Shown piece by piece: positions 39,758 to 55,089 of a DNA stretch of 64,000 nt (position 1 is its first letter; every line of letters starts with the position of its first letter). The notes below the pieces were generated by a model. The model saw nothing but the letters and a program-made list of their open reading frames with translations. It did no database searches and had not been told where the DNA came from. The DNA is from Nymphaea colorata. Taxonomy: Eukaryota. Position numbers and translations under genes: made by a program. The DNA is taken from assembly GCF_008831285.2 (NCBI RefSeq), contig NC_045138.2, positions 124,001 to 188,000 on the forward strand, in the 5' to 3' direction.

Positions 39758-42700
39758 GTGAGAGCGCGAACAACAACCTCAACAGGTCCACACCAGCCTA
39801 TATGTGGCTCCGCTATTGGCGAGAATGTAGACAAAGTTCCTGGCTGTCGGACCCCAACAGGTCCGAAGAGGTCCATGGACAAAAAATCTGCCCATTAGGG
39901 CTCTCTCTCCCATTCACCAGTTCTTCATCATCTGTAGAGAGCAGTGAACTTCACCTATATCACAGCGACTAGCCACCCATGAATAAATACCCTTCTCTCT
40001 CTCTTGGTCATTCCTGGTGACAGACATCAGCTACTGTTGTCTCTAGCAACCTAGTGGACCTAGTGGATTTGGCAGCAAGAACACTCAAATGGATGTTTTG
40101 CAAATATTGAGGCAGATTCATGAAACAACAGAACTATATGAGCTTGCCTCAATGTCTTAATATTTGGGGCAAATTTATTGGACACTCTCTCTGTGTTCTT
40201 CCCACCAAACGACCCCGAAGGGTTTCTTTCTCTCTCATGTTCCCAATGACAGAGACTCATACCAACATCTCCGGCGAGCCTAAAACGGGGTTGCCAACAT
40301 GGCACTTGTGGGAAGGTCTTTCTTGGACCTAACTCGAACGAGTGATTGCTTCAACTCACTAACCCAGTGACCCAATTGTCAGCCGATCCGAATCTGATTC
40401 ACGGGTTTGCCAACTATGGTTTTGAGTTCATTTCCATGTTCTCTTGTCGCCTCTTTTCCCATGAGGAAAGAGAAAGGCAAGAGGAATAGCTCAAAACAGT
40501 GAGAGTATGACTAAAAGACAGAGCAGCATGTGCAGGGGAATTGATGGCAGACATGCACCAAAGGCCTGTATAATGGATCTCAATGATGGGACTAAGACCC
40601 AATGTTGGTCAAAAAATGGGGCATGGTCCATATCCACTTACAGTGCAAGTGGGTCACTTCTTTCTTCAACTTTGGCCTACTTTTTTCATGTTGTTTCTCT
40701 ACTGTCAAAAGAGTTGGATTCATAACTAACTGGGGTGAATATGAAGGTTCATTATTATAAGAATATGCCTCAAATTCTTTGTAGTAATTCTTCTTTGTAA
40801 AAGTAGCAGTGATTCAAATAGAATCAGTGGCAAACCAATTCGATTCTGTGGCCTATTTAAGAGTGATATGTGTCGCCTTTGCAATATTTTTTATATTTTA
40901 TTATTTTTAATATATATTTTTATTTTTTATTTATTTAAGAAATGGGTTGTCTAGTATATTTATTAATTCCAAAGTGATTAAGCATAATCGGCAAAAATCG
41001 GCCAATTCATCGAATCAACAGCTTCACCGATTCGGCATCCGAATTGTTTATGACAACACAGAGAAATATACAAAGAGAGATCTTTGTGATTCAAATGATA
41101 CTTGAACAGCTATGTTGATTCAAGATGTCTACATCATCTTGTTTATGGATAGCCAAGAGCATGAATGTGGTTAGTTTTTACAAGTGATTGATATTTGTTA
41201 TTCATATATAATTGAACTCAATTTTACCTTTGGACACCTTAAAGAACGGTTTGGTAATAGGAACAATAGTAAATATTTTATAAATATGTATGAAGATTGA
41301 GGTATATTCATAAAATAATAAAGTGTTTTATGAATCTACCCTATTTTTTGGGACAGATTCATGAAATAATTTATTGGTGTTCCCAATGCCAACGACCCCT
41401 AACAGGTTTAGGACACGTCGATAAACCAGAGTTACTTCGAGTTTTAGAGAGAGAGAGAGAGTAAAAAAAAAAGGCAAAGGTAGCATGAGGGTATAGTAGT
41501 CTCAAATTTATGAACTTATAAACCATGATGAAAATGAGCAGTTCATTAATGTGGGAAGCCCTAGAAGTTACTAGTGAGAGTGGAAAACTGGACCCATAGG
41601 GGCCAGTAAGGGCCTAAGCTCAAGTCTCAAGATCGAGCTTGGCTCGACAAGAAAACATGTCGGCCTCGTGCTGCATGACCCAACTCATGTTGTGATTGGG
41701 CCCAGTCCACAAGTTGCGGTCAGAGCCCATACATTATCAAGCCACGCACTCGACGACCTGTTCGATATCCGGCTCGATGTCCACCTCTAAATAAGAAGAA
41801 ACTTTTCTGAATTAACAAATTCTTTGGACCATGAATTTGAATTATTAAAAAAATTTAAAAAGTTATGCACCTTTTTTGTAAACAACCCAATAAAAAAGTA
41901 CATTAGATTCTCAATTACTGGTCAATGACACCATAGTCATCAATCAAGTTCAATGTAAAGCCAAGCCACGTTCAATGAAAACATCCCACAAAAAAAAAGT
42001 AGGTACAATCTCAAATAAATTCAAACTTGGGCATGGTCTCACGGCTTTATCTAGAAATCTAGAAGCCAAAATTTCAAACACTACTTATGTGCATATAAAA
42101 TTATAATATTCAAAGGAGCATATGTATATAAAATTATAGCACCTAGGTTACAAATACTTTTTTAAAAAAAAATGAGTAACGAAGTCAAGATTTGCAGCTA
42201 AAGACAGACGTGAGAATCTAGCTGGCTTGAAGACTCTTCTTAAGAAGGCACTTTTGTCACACTTTGGCGGCTCATTATAAAAAGAAGGAAAAGAAAAAGA
42301 GAAAAAAATAAAAAAAGTGGGTCAACCAAAAAAGGAAGGATGGTTAAGTAGGATTCCACCGCATTGACACGAGTCGAGTCGAACCGAGCCGAAGATTCCG
42401 CCAAACCCAACTCCTGTTCATGTTTGCCCCAGTGAGTGTTACTCAACCAAACACTGCAATCGGCACGTTTACATTGCGTGAGGACAAGAATGGTCAATCA
42501 CTCCAATAATGGCACCTGTGCATGCATACACACACACATACACAAATGTGCGAGTGCAATTGCTTGTACAAGCATGTGCTTGCACGCAGTAATCAATCTG
42601 TGTGCAATGGTTGACTCAGAAATTTTTTTACTCAGAGGCATGACTTTAGAATTTTACAGAAGGGCACAGGTGTATGTAAATAAAGAAATATGTGAAGCAC

Positions 42701-42897
42701 GTATATGAAAATAAACAAAAGTGTAAGACTGATGTGGGCAACTGCCCACACCAACCAAGAGAGAGAAAGATTTGAGATTTTCTACAAGAGCCAACTGTGG
42801 CATTTTTGTCTTCCAGCGCAGACATGAAGACTGGCCACCCTTAGATATGAAGCACAAATAGCAATCAGATTTTACGGCGCTAGTGATGAATCCACAC

Positions 42898-42970
<73 letters not shown>

Positions 42971-45073
42971 CTGATCTAGACAGATATAAAAGAAAGCTCG
43001 TTGATTTGCGTATAACTGATCATGGATTACTATGCGGGTACATTCAAGGAGGTTAGTGATAGTTTACTTTGTTGGACGTGAATTGAAATATTAGAATCTT
43101 GGATTTTAAGATTTCATGTTTTTTTGTTTCTTACAAAAAATTAAAATCTTTTGTTTGAAAGACGAAGCATCTTATCATTGATGTTAAATTTTATAATTTG
43201 AAATTCTTTATGTTGCGTTTGAAAGCATCGGATCTTAAATCCAAAGTTGTATTAAAAGAGGTATTTTGAGTGATCCCTAGTTTAAACAAACTGTGGATAT
43301 CAATGGATCACAAATTCATGCTACATGTTAAAAAAGCTATGGATTTAACATCAGATTTAGGGGTGGGGAGGTAGTCTGATCTTAAATCCATGGATTTGAG
43401 ATCTTAGGGATCTCAGATCACCACGGTGAATAATTTGAAGTAAGGTTATTGCACCTCTCAAAGGGATGTCATCGGATCAGATTTGGAATTGGGCGCAAGC
43501 TTTTTATATCCAATTTATTTGGATGTTTATATGTTTCGGGTGATCGCTCGCCCTACCTCTCTAGTTTTGTTCTGCGTTGGGGCTTGGGTGAACTAACAGA
43601 CCTCATTAGCAGGACGAAACTCACCCATTTTTTTTTTAGTCCTGAAAAGTAACACCCACAGAAATCGAAGCGATGACACACTATCAACATGCACCACATC
43701 CCAACCAGCTATGCTACGCCTCTTCAGACAGATGTTCACATACTTATATTTAAACATACGTGAAAAAAGTTTATCTATATTGAGTTTGATTTTCAAATTC
43801 ACAATCTGAATCCAACTTCTGGATACGCAACATCAGGAACCAACTTTCGAAAAGGAGATTTATTTGAAATTGAATCCCAATTCAAATCCACATTCATGGG
43901 AGCCAATTAAGTATTTATTTAAAACTAAAACTGAGCGGAAGCTGAATCATTTCTTAATCCGGATTTTAACCAAAATAATTTTTTTTCTTGTTTCATATCA
44001 ACTATTGTAATGAAGAACACAATATGATGAATGTGCACATCAAAGTCGACAAGTAAAAAATAACAGTCGGACTCAATATTTGGTCCAGATCCACTTGAAA
44101 GTGGTCCAAACCAACCTAATCGGACCCAATATTCGATCCGGGTCCACTTGAAAATGGTCCTAACCGACGTAACCACACCACCGGCAAATCCCGGCGCCGA
44201 CCTGCCGTACTCGCACTTTGATCCACTTCAGAAAATGTTATCAGAGGGCCAGAAATCAACGGATCTGAAGTCTGGATCTGGATCCAGATCCAATCTCAAT
44301 TCTCTTCCAAATTGATCCATGCGTATCTTACCAACTCAAGTTGGGATGTATATGATTATTGCTTAGCTTCTTAATTATTTAGTTAAATTTGGTGAAGAAA
44401 CTTTGAGTCTGATTCTGATCGGTTGAATTTGGATCCGTGACGCAATTTTCATATAGACGTTGGATCTTTCATCAGTCACTGAATTTGGTTTCAACAGCTA
44501 GGGTCCGGATTCTAGTCAGATTAAATAAAATCCCATTTTTAAGTTAAATATCGTAAAATGTAAATCCAACCTTAATCAGAACCATTCACAATCCTACGCA
44601 GGCTTTGGAAGGTGGACTGTTTACTGGGTCCAAACAAAGTCAGAGATGACCCAACTGAGTCCATGTCAAAATGGGCTAAGATGACTCAGTAGGGCCAAGG
44701 ATAGGCCGGATTAGAACTGAGCCTCGCCTATACAAACCGGGTCTGTCGCACACACAGAGCCGAAGCCGAACCCATTCCAATAGTCCGATAACCAACCTGA
44801 CCCAACACCTGGCCTGTTGCACATAATTCTGAGTGAGCAAGAGGAACATTTCATCCTACCGCTTGGGTTGAGAGTTCAAATTCATTGCATTCTTGCTTGT
44901 AAATAGACAGCATACCATCAACTTGGTATCACGCTCTACTCATAAGGCCCACTAACAGGTGCCTATGGAAATTAAATTTGAAATGTAAGACTTATGCGCT
45001 CTCAGAGACCAGCTACACTATGTCTCTTTGAGTGAATTATAATCAAATTTTGTTTTTACACATTTGTTACCAT

Positions 45074-45266
45074 AGGGGTGGAACCAAAGGGGGGTCCTGC
45101 ATGGGCCATAGACCCACCTCAATTTTTTTTTTTTAAATTTACATGTAAATTTTAAAAAATTTTACTTATCATAAATAAAATTTTGAAAAATGATATTTCT
45201 GCTCGTGTCAAAATTTAAAAACTTTAATTTGGCCCTCTTCATCAAAAGTTTTTTATTCTGCCCCCT
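45074..45266. mobile_element. MITE family A copy (opposite orientation to 23956)
   Basis: AGGGGTGGAACC...TTCTGCCCCCT, same core. Confidence 0.7.
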
Positions 45267-45481
45267 GATTACAAAAGTTTAACTGGATTTTTACAGGTTT
45301 GGATCCAGCTAGCAGACCGGTTGGATTAAAAAATAAGAGCCTTCCACAGCCTCATAAATTTAGCAATAAAGTAGCTTTAAATCTAATAATTAACTGATTA
45401 CCAAATGCAATAATGGTGAACTATGTTGAATCTACAGGATAAGGATAATCTGGGTCAGATCCATTAATCAGTTGACACATT

Positions 45482-45679
45482 CAGGGGCGGAGGCCTGCAT
45501 GGACCTTGGCCCCACCTCAGATATTTTTTTGAAAAAAAAAAAAAGAAAATTACATGTAAATTTTTAAATAAATCATTTTTTCTATATAAAAATTTTTGAA
45601 AAATGATATTTCGGTTCTAATCAAAATTTAGAAACTTTAATTCGGTCTGCTTCATTTAAAATTTCTAGCTCCAACCCTG
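45482..45679. mobile_element. MITE family A copy with 8-bp TSD
   Basis: CAGGGGCGGAG...CTCCAACCCTG flanked by GACACATT/AACACATT (7/8). An 8-bp TSD points to the hAT superfamily. Confidence 0.8.
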
Positions 45680-48600
45680 AACACATTTCTAGTGAAGGAG
45701 AGACTAATCTCGCTGCCTGAATGAGAGCCGAACCCCCTCCTTGCGCGCCCTGAGGGTCCAATTGGAGCATTCATTTAATAAGAACGTCACATGTTAGGTT
45801 TTCCATAGTCAAAAGCAAAGAAAGGACATTCATTAAGATGGGTTGGCCCATTTTCTAGTTGCAAAGCACTACTGAGATTTTAAAGTACAATCATTAACAT
45901 TTTAAACTAATCTTCTTACAAGCTAAGTTAAAGTCATTAAGCAAGGTCATACCAAAGAAGGTGGGGGCAAGAAGGGGAAGTGGACAAAAGCAAAGTCCAA
46001 AAACTACTGATGTCAATGAGGAGATTTGTTTTAGCAAAGGCAATTTCCATAACAAAGTTAGGCAAAATTTTACCAAATTAGACCAATAGAAGCTGACTCT
46101 AGGATATTACATGTTTGTCCCTTTTGACCTTGAAGATCTTATTTCCAATTCTTTGCAAAGCATATGGAGTTGTTATTTTTTTAAAAAAAATAAGAGCTTA
46201 TTTTTTAAAAAATCATGTTAGCAGCACAGGTAGAGCCGGAAATATTTCACTGCGAAAGCCGAACTGTAGTTTCAAAATTTTATTTGGGGACAAGATATAT
46301 TCTCAATTTTTATGCAGATTAAACTCAAGTTTTTAAAATTTACTTGTGAACCTTTAAAAATCTAAGGGCGAGTCACGACACCTTTGGTCTCTGGTTAAAA
46401 TGACAGTGACAGAAGCATAAATTTTCTCTCCTTCTAACGTGTCGTGTACAGGGGGAGAGCAGAAAAGGTCGACTTAAAGTTTCTAAATTTTGAATAAGAC
46501 CAAAATATCATTTTTCAAAACTCTTATATAAAACAAGTAAAATTTTTAAAAATTTACATGTAAATTTTTTAAAAAAAATTTGAGGTGGGGCCACAAGCTT
46601 ATGTAAGAAAAAGAAGAAATATAATGCGTCCACTTGAAATTATGACAAAAATGACAAACACTTGAACAAAAATTTTGCTTATTTATTTTAAAAAAATATT
46701 TATTGGGTCACATGCCAATATGATTTCAGGAATTTCTTTATAATCTTTTCTCCAAATGCAGCAAAAACATCATTCTTTCTTAACTGCGCTTATCCGTAAA
46801 AAAATCAAGATTTGTGGCTATGGTGGGCCCCATGGGCCGGGGGGCAGTTGGACCCTTAAATTTCGCTTTATAACTGGCAGTGAGTGGGGCCCTCTCCCCA
46901 TATGAAGTAACCAACAAGAAATGCTCATTTTACTGGAACCCAGTCAAACACATGGGCCCACAATTTGTTTTAAAAAATAAATGGTGCCTTTGGAGAAAAA
47001 ATTAAACTTCTACTTTAGATTTAGATAATGAAAGCAGCGTCATGAAAATGACCTTATAAATGGTTGTTGAATCAAATTTAATCAGGGTTAGGGTGCGCAT
47101 TGAGTCGTATCCAATGGATACCCACTATCAAGCCCGGCTCGAGCCCAGGCCTAGGCCTTAAAATTAAGCATCGAAACTATCTAATTCAACCTGCCAATTA
47201 TATATATATAATGCACATTTAATAGGAACAATGGCTGATAAACAGTAAACCATTAATTTTAAAAGCTAAGATGAGAAACAATAAAAATGGCCTTAAGGGG
47301 CATAACATAACTGCTCAGATTAAAGGTATAAATAAAGGCAGGTCTATAGTTCGATTTTTGTGGCCGTTATGTTTTTATATCTTAAAATGATAGGACGAGA
47401 CATCCAAGCTAAAGGGTGCACTATTGCTATTGTTAACACCGACCCCGCTCAAGACCTCTACGGGCAAGGGGAATGGGGGCCTTTAGGCCTTGTTTCGGGT
47501 GATGAGATGAACCTTTCGCTCACCTGAGAAAAAATAAAAAGAAAGTTTTTCCATCCAATCGTTAAGGTGATTTCTCTCAACATAAACCAATTATGGCCAA
47601 TTCAATATATCATTTATCACTTTTTTCTTGTTATTAATTTTTTTATTTTTAAGGTATTTGTTACGTTTATTTAATTATTTTTAAAATAGTAGTCTTTTAT
47701 TTGGTACTTTTGGCCGATCCGCAACTATAGGAACCAATTTCTATAAAATGAAAGCTAAAAATGAATAAATATGATACTAATTGGCAAAAAATCTTATAAG
47801 AAATCATGTAATGTCATTCCTTGTCTTTCTTTATCTTGTGTCCAACAAAAGCAAAAAAGAAAAAAGAAAATTCCATGTCAGCTAGGCTTTATCATGCACA
47901 TCGTTCGAGTGGGGTCCACTGTTCATCTTCTGGGTCGGGTCAAAAAGATCAGCGGCCCCACCACTTTTCGTCGTTTGACCAACGAGCATGATGGAGAGGG
48001 ACCATGTGATGCCACCTTGCCTTCATGGGTAAGTTAAAGAATATTTCATGGTCCAGTTTAATTATAGTTTTAAAATTTTAATAAAATTAATAAATAATAT
48101 TTTAAACTTTTTTATGTAAGATAAATGAATTAATTTTTTTTTTAATGCCTACCCTGTTTGCCGCTATAATTTGATTTAAACAAAGTACATGTTTGTGTGC
48201 ATGATTTGGTTTTTCTTTAGCCCTCAGTTTAACCATGACGGCTCATTTGACGGCTAGTGCTCCCAACCCTTTTGAGTTTTGACTATGGTTGATTAGCATT
48301 TGGAAAGGCAACTCCTAGAAAATCCAAGAAATTCTTAGAATTTTTTGAGGACAAAGCAATGTTTTCCACAGGTTTTGTGTTTGGCCAAATGCATGTTTCC
48401 ACTGGCTTATACAAATTTGGCTCGTCCTCGTGGTAATTTAATGGGCTGCTTCTTGGGGTTGTTTAGCAATAAGCAATTTTATAAATCTACCAAAAAAATT
48501 GAAACATATTAGTAAAATACCTAAAAAGTTGTTTTATAAAACTGTTCCAATTTTCAAACCATATTCATGATCAGTGAAAACCTGTTGTCATTGCTAAACA

Positions 48601-49033
48601 GCATCTAAAAGTTACAATGTAATATGATATTGCACTTCGGCTAAAAGTTTCCAGCAACATATGCATGCTACGAGCTCCTCTAATTCACCATAGATCCTTG
48701 ATTTAGTTACTCGAAGAAAGAATGAAACATTTTTCCCCTTCCTTGTGTCTTAAGATTCAAGGTTGCTTCGAAACTTGGGTGGTCCTGTGGTACACTTGTG
48801 AACTAGAGTGTCGTAATACTACCTTTTGTAGTAAAAAAGGTAATGTCTATGAGAATCCAATTGATGACAAATCTCTATCAACCCAACTGTCTACACTAGT
48901 CCCTCAAGGCTGCAGTTCAAGATTCTAATTTTCATGCATTTGTAGTTCGGCTCCTCGGAACTTTTTGAAGGGTCATCGTTACTTTAAATTTCAAATTTTA
49001 ATAAGCACTCACATTAAAAAAAAAAGTCAAAAC

Positions 49034-49064
<31 letters not shown>

Positions 49065-50580
49065 GTAGGCTGGTAGCAATTGCCCACATCAGCCACAACG
49101 TTGTTGCGTTCATTATTACAAAGCCGTGGATCTGAAATCCGTTGTTGGTTTATACTGAGGCAATCAGTCCCAACCTTAGTAACAAAAAAAAAAAAAATTA
49201 GTAGATACATATGCAGCCTACCATGTTTATTAGTGCACATTGAGGCAGATATAAACGAGATTAAGTTATATCTTATGCCCTTAATTTAAGGGTTCAGGTT
49301 AGGGGCCAAAAATGACCAAATTACCTTGATGGTAATTGTAAGAACTCCCTCTTTTAAGGACAATACTGAAAATAAAAAATATTTAAAAAAAGATAAAAAA
49401 TGCTCATTTATTTGAAAAATAATAGATTCCTTAAGAAAAAAAATTCTAGCTTCTCTCCTAAGAGTGCAATTAAACCATGCTTTGGTTTGCCCACAACTTT
49501 CATCTAATGGAGAACATGAATGTGACTGACAAAGAAAAAGATGGCGACCTTGAACTTGAACAAGGGCGGTAGATAGGTCGCTTCATGGAGCTCAATCTGA
49601 AACTTTGAATTTACATATTGGATTTTCGTGGGCCTGAGTCCAGTTATATGACGCAGCTCCACGAGAAAAGGCCAATTAAAAATTTATTAATTATATATTT
49701 AATACCCGTGAAAAAAAAAATACTTACTCCAACCCTAACTCAAATTTACATCTGCTCGTCACACTATCACACAGTCAATGTCCCAGTGAGAGAATAGGAT
49801 TTACTGAGTTTAAACTTTATGTCACCTTTCATTGTCTTATTTTGCACATTCAAGAATTTTTAAATACTTAAAAAGAGTATTTTTTTTAAGCTTTTTGGCT
49901 CAACTTTGGCATCATATATTTCGTGAATGTGCGTGTGGAATATGGTTCATGATGAAGAAGTTGATGACATGTAGAATCATCTTTAAGCAGCACGAATAAA
50001 AATTAAACAAAAAAAAAAAGTAGTCCTGTTGTTGGACAAGAAAAAAAAAGTAAAACTAAGACAATTTTCATTTCTTTTTTTTTTGCAAAAATTGGAGGTG
50101 GGAATGTCCGGACAAGCACCGAGCCCAAGCTCAAGCACAATTATGAGAAGCCTGAGCTTGATGAGCCCAGTTAAGTTTGGCGGTTAAGTATTTGACAGTG
50201 ATTTATGTGTGCCTGCATCACTAGCGGAGTCAAAGATTTTGGCTGGAGTAGTTTTAATTCAATATTTTTAATTCTTTTAATAGCATTTGTATATATAAAC
50301 AATCAAATATAAAAAACATTAACAGAAAATTGAACAAGCTTTGTGAGCTGGTGTAGGCAACTGCCCACTCCAATCGCCATGTCGCTTGGCCATTAGCCTG
50401 CATCAAATAGAGAGCATGTCCAGTGATGGAACCAAAAAAAATTTGGCTAAAAAAATTAAAAGTTTAAGTTTAAGATTTTAAAGGGCAGATTTATATAAAT
50501 AAGTGAAAGTTAATAAGGTATTAGTATGCAAATATGACAGTTAAATGGGCTGGTGCGGGTGACCGCATACAACAGCGGCC

Positions 50581-50779
50581 CACGGGCGAAGCCAGGGTAG
50601 GGCCCACAAGGGGCAGCCCTAGCCTCACATCAAATAATAATAATAATAATTTATATATAAATATTAAAAAAATTCACTTGTTTTATATAAAAATTTTGAA
50701 AAATGATATTTAGGCTCATATCAAAATTTAAAAACTTTAATTCGATCCTCCTCGTGAAAATTTTCTGACTCCACCCCTG
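50581..50779. mobile_element. MITE family A copy, apparently nested in a family B MITE
   Basis: CACGGGCGAAGCC...GACTCCACCCCTG, flanks CAGCGGCC/CACCAGCC. Interrupts a GGGCTGGTGCGGG...CACCAGCCC palindrome remnant. Confidence 0.7.
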
Positions 50780-51476
50780 CACCAGCCCAAACATGCATTG
50801 GTCATGGGTATGTGCAGATACTTCTCTCTTTCTCTTCCAACATGCACCTTGGCTAGCTTGGGCCACAGGATGGCCTGTGCAGTCCCCATCAGAAGTTGGG
50901 TTTGGTTCGGGTTGCAATTCATACACATTACTCGGGCTTTGACCAATATGATTATAATAATATATTTTATAATACAGTATAATATTTTATGCAACCCTAC
51001 CAAGGGATAAGCTTTCATCCATTAATAAAGAATAATATAATATATATAAATATAATATGATATGTAAATTTAATTAATTATAATAAATATATACATATAT
51101 ATATTGTAAGTAGGGCTAACTAAGGGCAACTCAACCCGTCCACGATGCCCACCTTGATAGAATTTGAAGGAAAAGAAAGAATGGACTTCCATTTGCATAT
51201 CATTAATAAATAAATATATATGGTTGCATGATGACGTCAGTTAATTGGACCCATATTCTAAGAAAACACTTAAAAATATTCGCTTTTGAATTCTTTCAAA
51301 AACAAGTTCTAGACATTAAACAAAACATGCAATTTTTTTTTTTGGTAGGTTCGTAAGCATGCAGGTGGCATCCTTATCATCAGTTTCCGTGAAAGCATGA
51401 TTTAAGTTAGAGTGTGTTATACTCAAAGGAAAGCCACATGTAAGTCAAGAGGATTATCTGATGACCGAAGAGATAC

Positions 51477-51735
<259 letters not shown>

Positions 51736-52337
51736 ATTGAAAAGCTACAAAAAGTTTTTAATTATATATGAGTTTTATGTGAACTAAAAAGGAGCTGCTT
51801 GCAATTTGAATGTGAAAGTCTTTTAAGAGATAAATGTTCCTTTTCAACATTTTATTAGCCTTTGAAAGCATCATCATCAAATCATAATATTTTTTGCCCT
51901 TTGCTGATGGGATTGAAGGAATTTTTCTTCGCTAAATGGACCAATGAACTGCCACAGATATTTGAAAAGAACCCAAAAGAAATTGCAGCTAAAGGTTTTG
52001 AGGATAAGTTAGAATCTTGTATTGCAGAAAAAAGAAAGTGACATTTCTCCTCTTTGTGGAGGAGAGCAAAGGGAATCTCATGAACTTGAGAATTTCAATC
52101 ATTTTGTGGCGATTCCTTTCACATTTGCTGATGTTTGGCGAAGCCGATCAGTTGAGGGTCGTGCTGATGATGTGTACTCAATTCGATTTTTGTGGGTACT
52201 ATTCTTTTTGTACTGCAAATGATAGTTGCAGGACATTAGAGTGGATGAGTGTAAGAAAGACTACTAAGGTTTCGAAGCAGCCCTAGACCGTAGAAGTATG
52301 GAACTCGCGAACCACCATCTTCAAAAAGAGACTTAGA

Positions 52338-52742
52338 TAGGGATGTCAATATATATGATTTGAATCGAATATCCGACCGAACCGATATGAAAAAATAAGA
52401 TATGGAAAAAAATTTAATATCCAATTAAGAAATCGGATCGGATTCGGATTTAATAAACGGCATCTGATCGGATTTGGATTCGGAAATACATAAATATCTC
52501 TGATCGGATCGGATTCATTTTTAGACAAATATTATGTATCTAATGCTATTAAAGTTTGAAAATTGGCAAAATCTCATTCAAAATTCAGATTCATATATAA
52601 ATATAAAAATCAGATTCGGATTTGGATTCATTGTAAAATTAGATTTTCGATTCGGATTTAAATAATCTGAATATGTGAATATCGGAAAAAATGAATATGA
52701 TTAAGGATATTACGATTTGAATCCGATCAGTTGACATCTATA
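52338..52742. mobile_element. MITE family C, Ac/Ds-like hAT non-autonomous element with ATCCG/CGGAT subterminal repeats
   Basis: TIR TAGGGATGTCAA / TTGACATCTATA, TSD GACTTAGA/AACTTGGA (6/8), many ATCGGAT/TTCGGAT motifs. TAGGGATG matches the start of the maize Ac/Ds TIR. Confidence 0.75.
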
Positions 52743-54029
52743 AACTTGGACAATCTCTAGTCCAAATCCGCTTTATCCAAACTCCAAATTTGGGTCTTCA
52801 GATCTGATACTACCGCTCCAATTTGCTCAAACTCGTGAGAATTGTTTATGAAATGGGATCTCGTGGTAGAAGCAACGACCAGGTTCAAATTTTAACGGAT
52901 CCGGATAAAAGAGTAAGACCGGAACCCATCAATTTGTGCTGGCTTTGATCCGATCTTGGCTCGGATCGAGGTGATGTCTACGTATTTGGATTCAGATTGG
53001 ATATAGTTATTCCAATATCTGACTTTTAATCTGAAACTCAAATCGGAAATTAAATCTGCAAAAATACCAGTTGGTGCCCAACCAGAAATTGGCCAATTTG
53101 AGTCGAATCGGTGCGAAACTGATTTGATCCTATTATAGATACAAGAGTTCAATATATTAGCTTAACTATTTTTGAAAAATTAAAATGTTTTGTTTCAATG
53201 TATTTTCTATTTATTTTTAAAATTATTATTAATATTGCTGACCAATTCGTTTAAGAAAAACACATGCATTTTTTTGCCAACCCAATTAAGAGTTAGAAGA
53301 CAATTTTGTTTATGAATCCGACAACTCAAGTTTGAATCCAAAATCCGGCAACTTGGATTCGGATCCAAATCAAATATCGATTTCTTAACATATGCAATTG
53401 GCGTGATATCTCTGGATTGGATCATTCCCTGTGCTCACTTGGTTAGTCAGTTTAAGATACATGGAGTACTATGGATCCTTTATTTCTGGACTATTAAGAT
53501 CTGGATTGAAGCCTCAGATCTGCAAAGAATGACCCGAGATGGTGACAGAGAGTGGTCAACCGAATTTTGACAAATTTTAGAATTTACATAAATTTTTTTA
53601 AAAAAATTAAAATTATTTGAAAATATAAATCCTTCTTACTTTTTGTCTTAACTCTACGACCAATATTAGCCAGCCACGTGGCCCAAAAGGAAGCCCATAA
53701 GATCCTGTTTGGGCTACCACGAATTACCGACACGCCTCCTGGATCAGAAGGTCTCACCATATCTCGAATAATCCGGTTCGGTTCAAAAATATCCGGTTCT
53801 GACTTGAGGCCATTTATTTTTCTACTGGAGCTGCCTTTCTCTTGCCTATATTCAAAGCAAGCCGAGTCATGAACGGCACGTGACCAGCCCTCTTCATTCA
53901 CGTTCAACTGTTAGTAGGATCACGTGACAAAGTGGGCATAAAAGTAAAAGGGCAGAAGTCCATGACAACCTTCGCTGCAAGGTTTCGATTCTCACCCCTC
54001 AAAAAAATAAAAATTTTAATAGGCCTCAC

Positions 54030-54120
54030 TTTTTTTTTTTGGATAGTGAGTTGATATTCATGAGAATCGAACCAATGACTAACACTCGCTCGAGTTAACT
54101 GGGTTAGCTGAACTCAAGCC
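54030..54120 (-). mobile_element. Possible tRNA-derived SINE remnant
   Basis: Minus strand: weak A-box-like 5' end, B-box-like GGTTCGATTCTC, ends in an A11 tail. Confidence 0.35.
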
Positions 54121-54190
54121 GTGCTGAGTATCTAAAAAGAACTGAGTATCAAAAAACACTAATAAGTTTCTCTCGTACCTTAGAAACATT

Positions 54191-54353
54191 CAAGGGAGAG
54201 TCAAGGCAGCTCGCAAGGGCCTTGGCTCCACCTCAAAAAAAAAAAAAATCACTTCTACTATATATAAATTTTGAACAATGATATTTCGGTCATGTTAAAA
54301 TTTAAAAACTTTAATTCGATCCTTTTCATGAAAAATTTCTGGTTCTGCCCTTA
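54191..54353. mobile_element. MITE family A copy
   Basis: Same core; flanks GAAACATT/GACACATC. Confidence 0.7.
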
Positions 54354-54885
54354 GACACATCGGACCATATGCATGGAACACATTATATATGGCCATGCGG
54401 AACTTATATGAGTCTTGAGTCTAACCATGTGAGCTATGGACCGACTAGGTGCACCTTAATATATCCTTTTAACTAAAAATTTCTACCTTCGCCATTGACT
54501 TGAACTTGACTTAGTTTACTCGGAGCTATCATTATGTAGGACCAAATAAAAATTCACAAGAAAAATGTTTTTGATGTTCTTGTGTCAAAAAAGGCATTTT
54601 GAGAGTTTGTTGATGACAGGCAAACAAAATTTTTTTTTTGGTACATCGGAGCAGTTTAGAACCGCATTAACGATAGGAAGACAATTTCATGATTAGATTA
54701 TGGAGATCTTTGACTGGAAAATGGTGTGTATGAGCATGTGTGCTACATGTAAGTTTGTTTTCTTAGGCCTAAGGGATGTAGCACGACCGAGTGGCCGGCA
54801 ACTCATTAAAAGAGGGTTTGAGTTTTGAATCCTTGTGGTCGTTGTCATGTTGTCATGCTTTGACGTGTTATTTTTTATATTACAT

Positions 54886-55089
54886 ATGAGAGGCAGAGCC
54901 ATAAATTTTTCATGAGGGGAGCCGAAATAAAGTTTCTAAATTTTGACACAAGCCGACATATCATTTTGCAAAATTTTTATATAGGACAAGTAAAACTTTC
55001 TAAAATTTACATGTGAATTTTTATTTTTTTAAAAAAAAAAATTGAGGTGGGGCCAAGACCCATGTGGATCACCCTTGGCTCCGCCCATA
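54886..55089. mobile_element. MITE family A copy
   Basis: GAGAGGCAGAGCC...GGCTCCGCCCATA, same core. Further partial copies near 26244, 39191, 46226, 46449 and 62192. Confidence 0.7.

Noticed and set aside
54772..54880. tRNA gene
   Set aside because: Only degenerate A/B-box-like words and no cloverleaf; at most a SINE relic.
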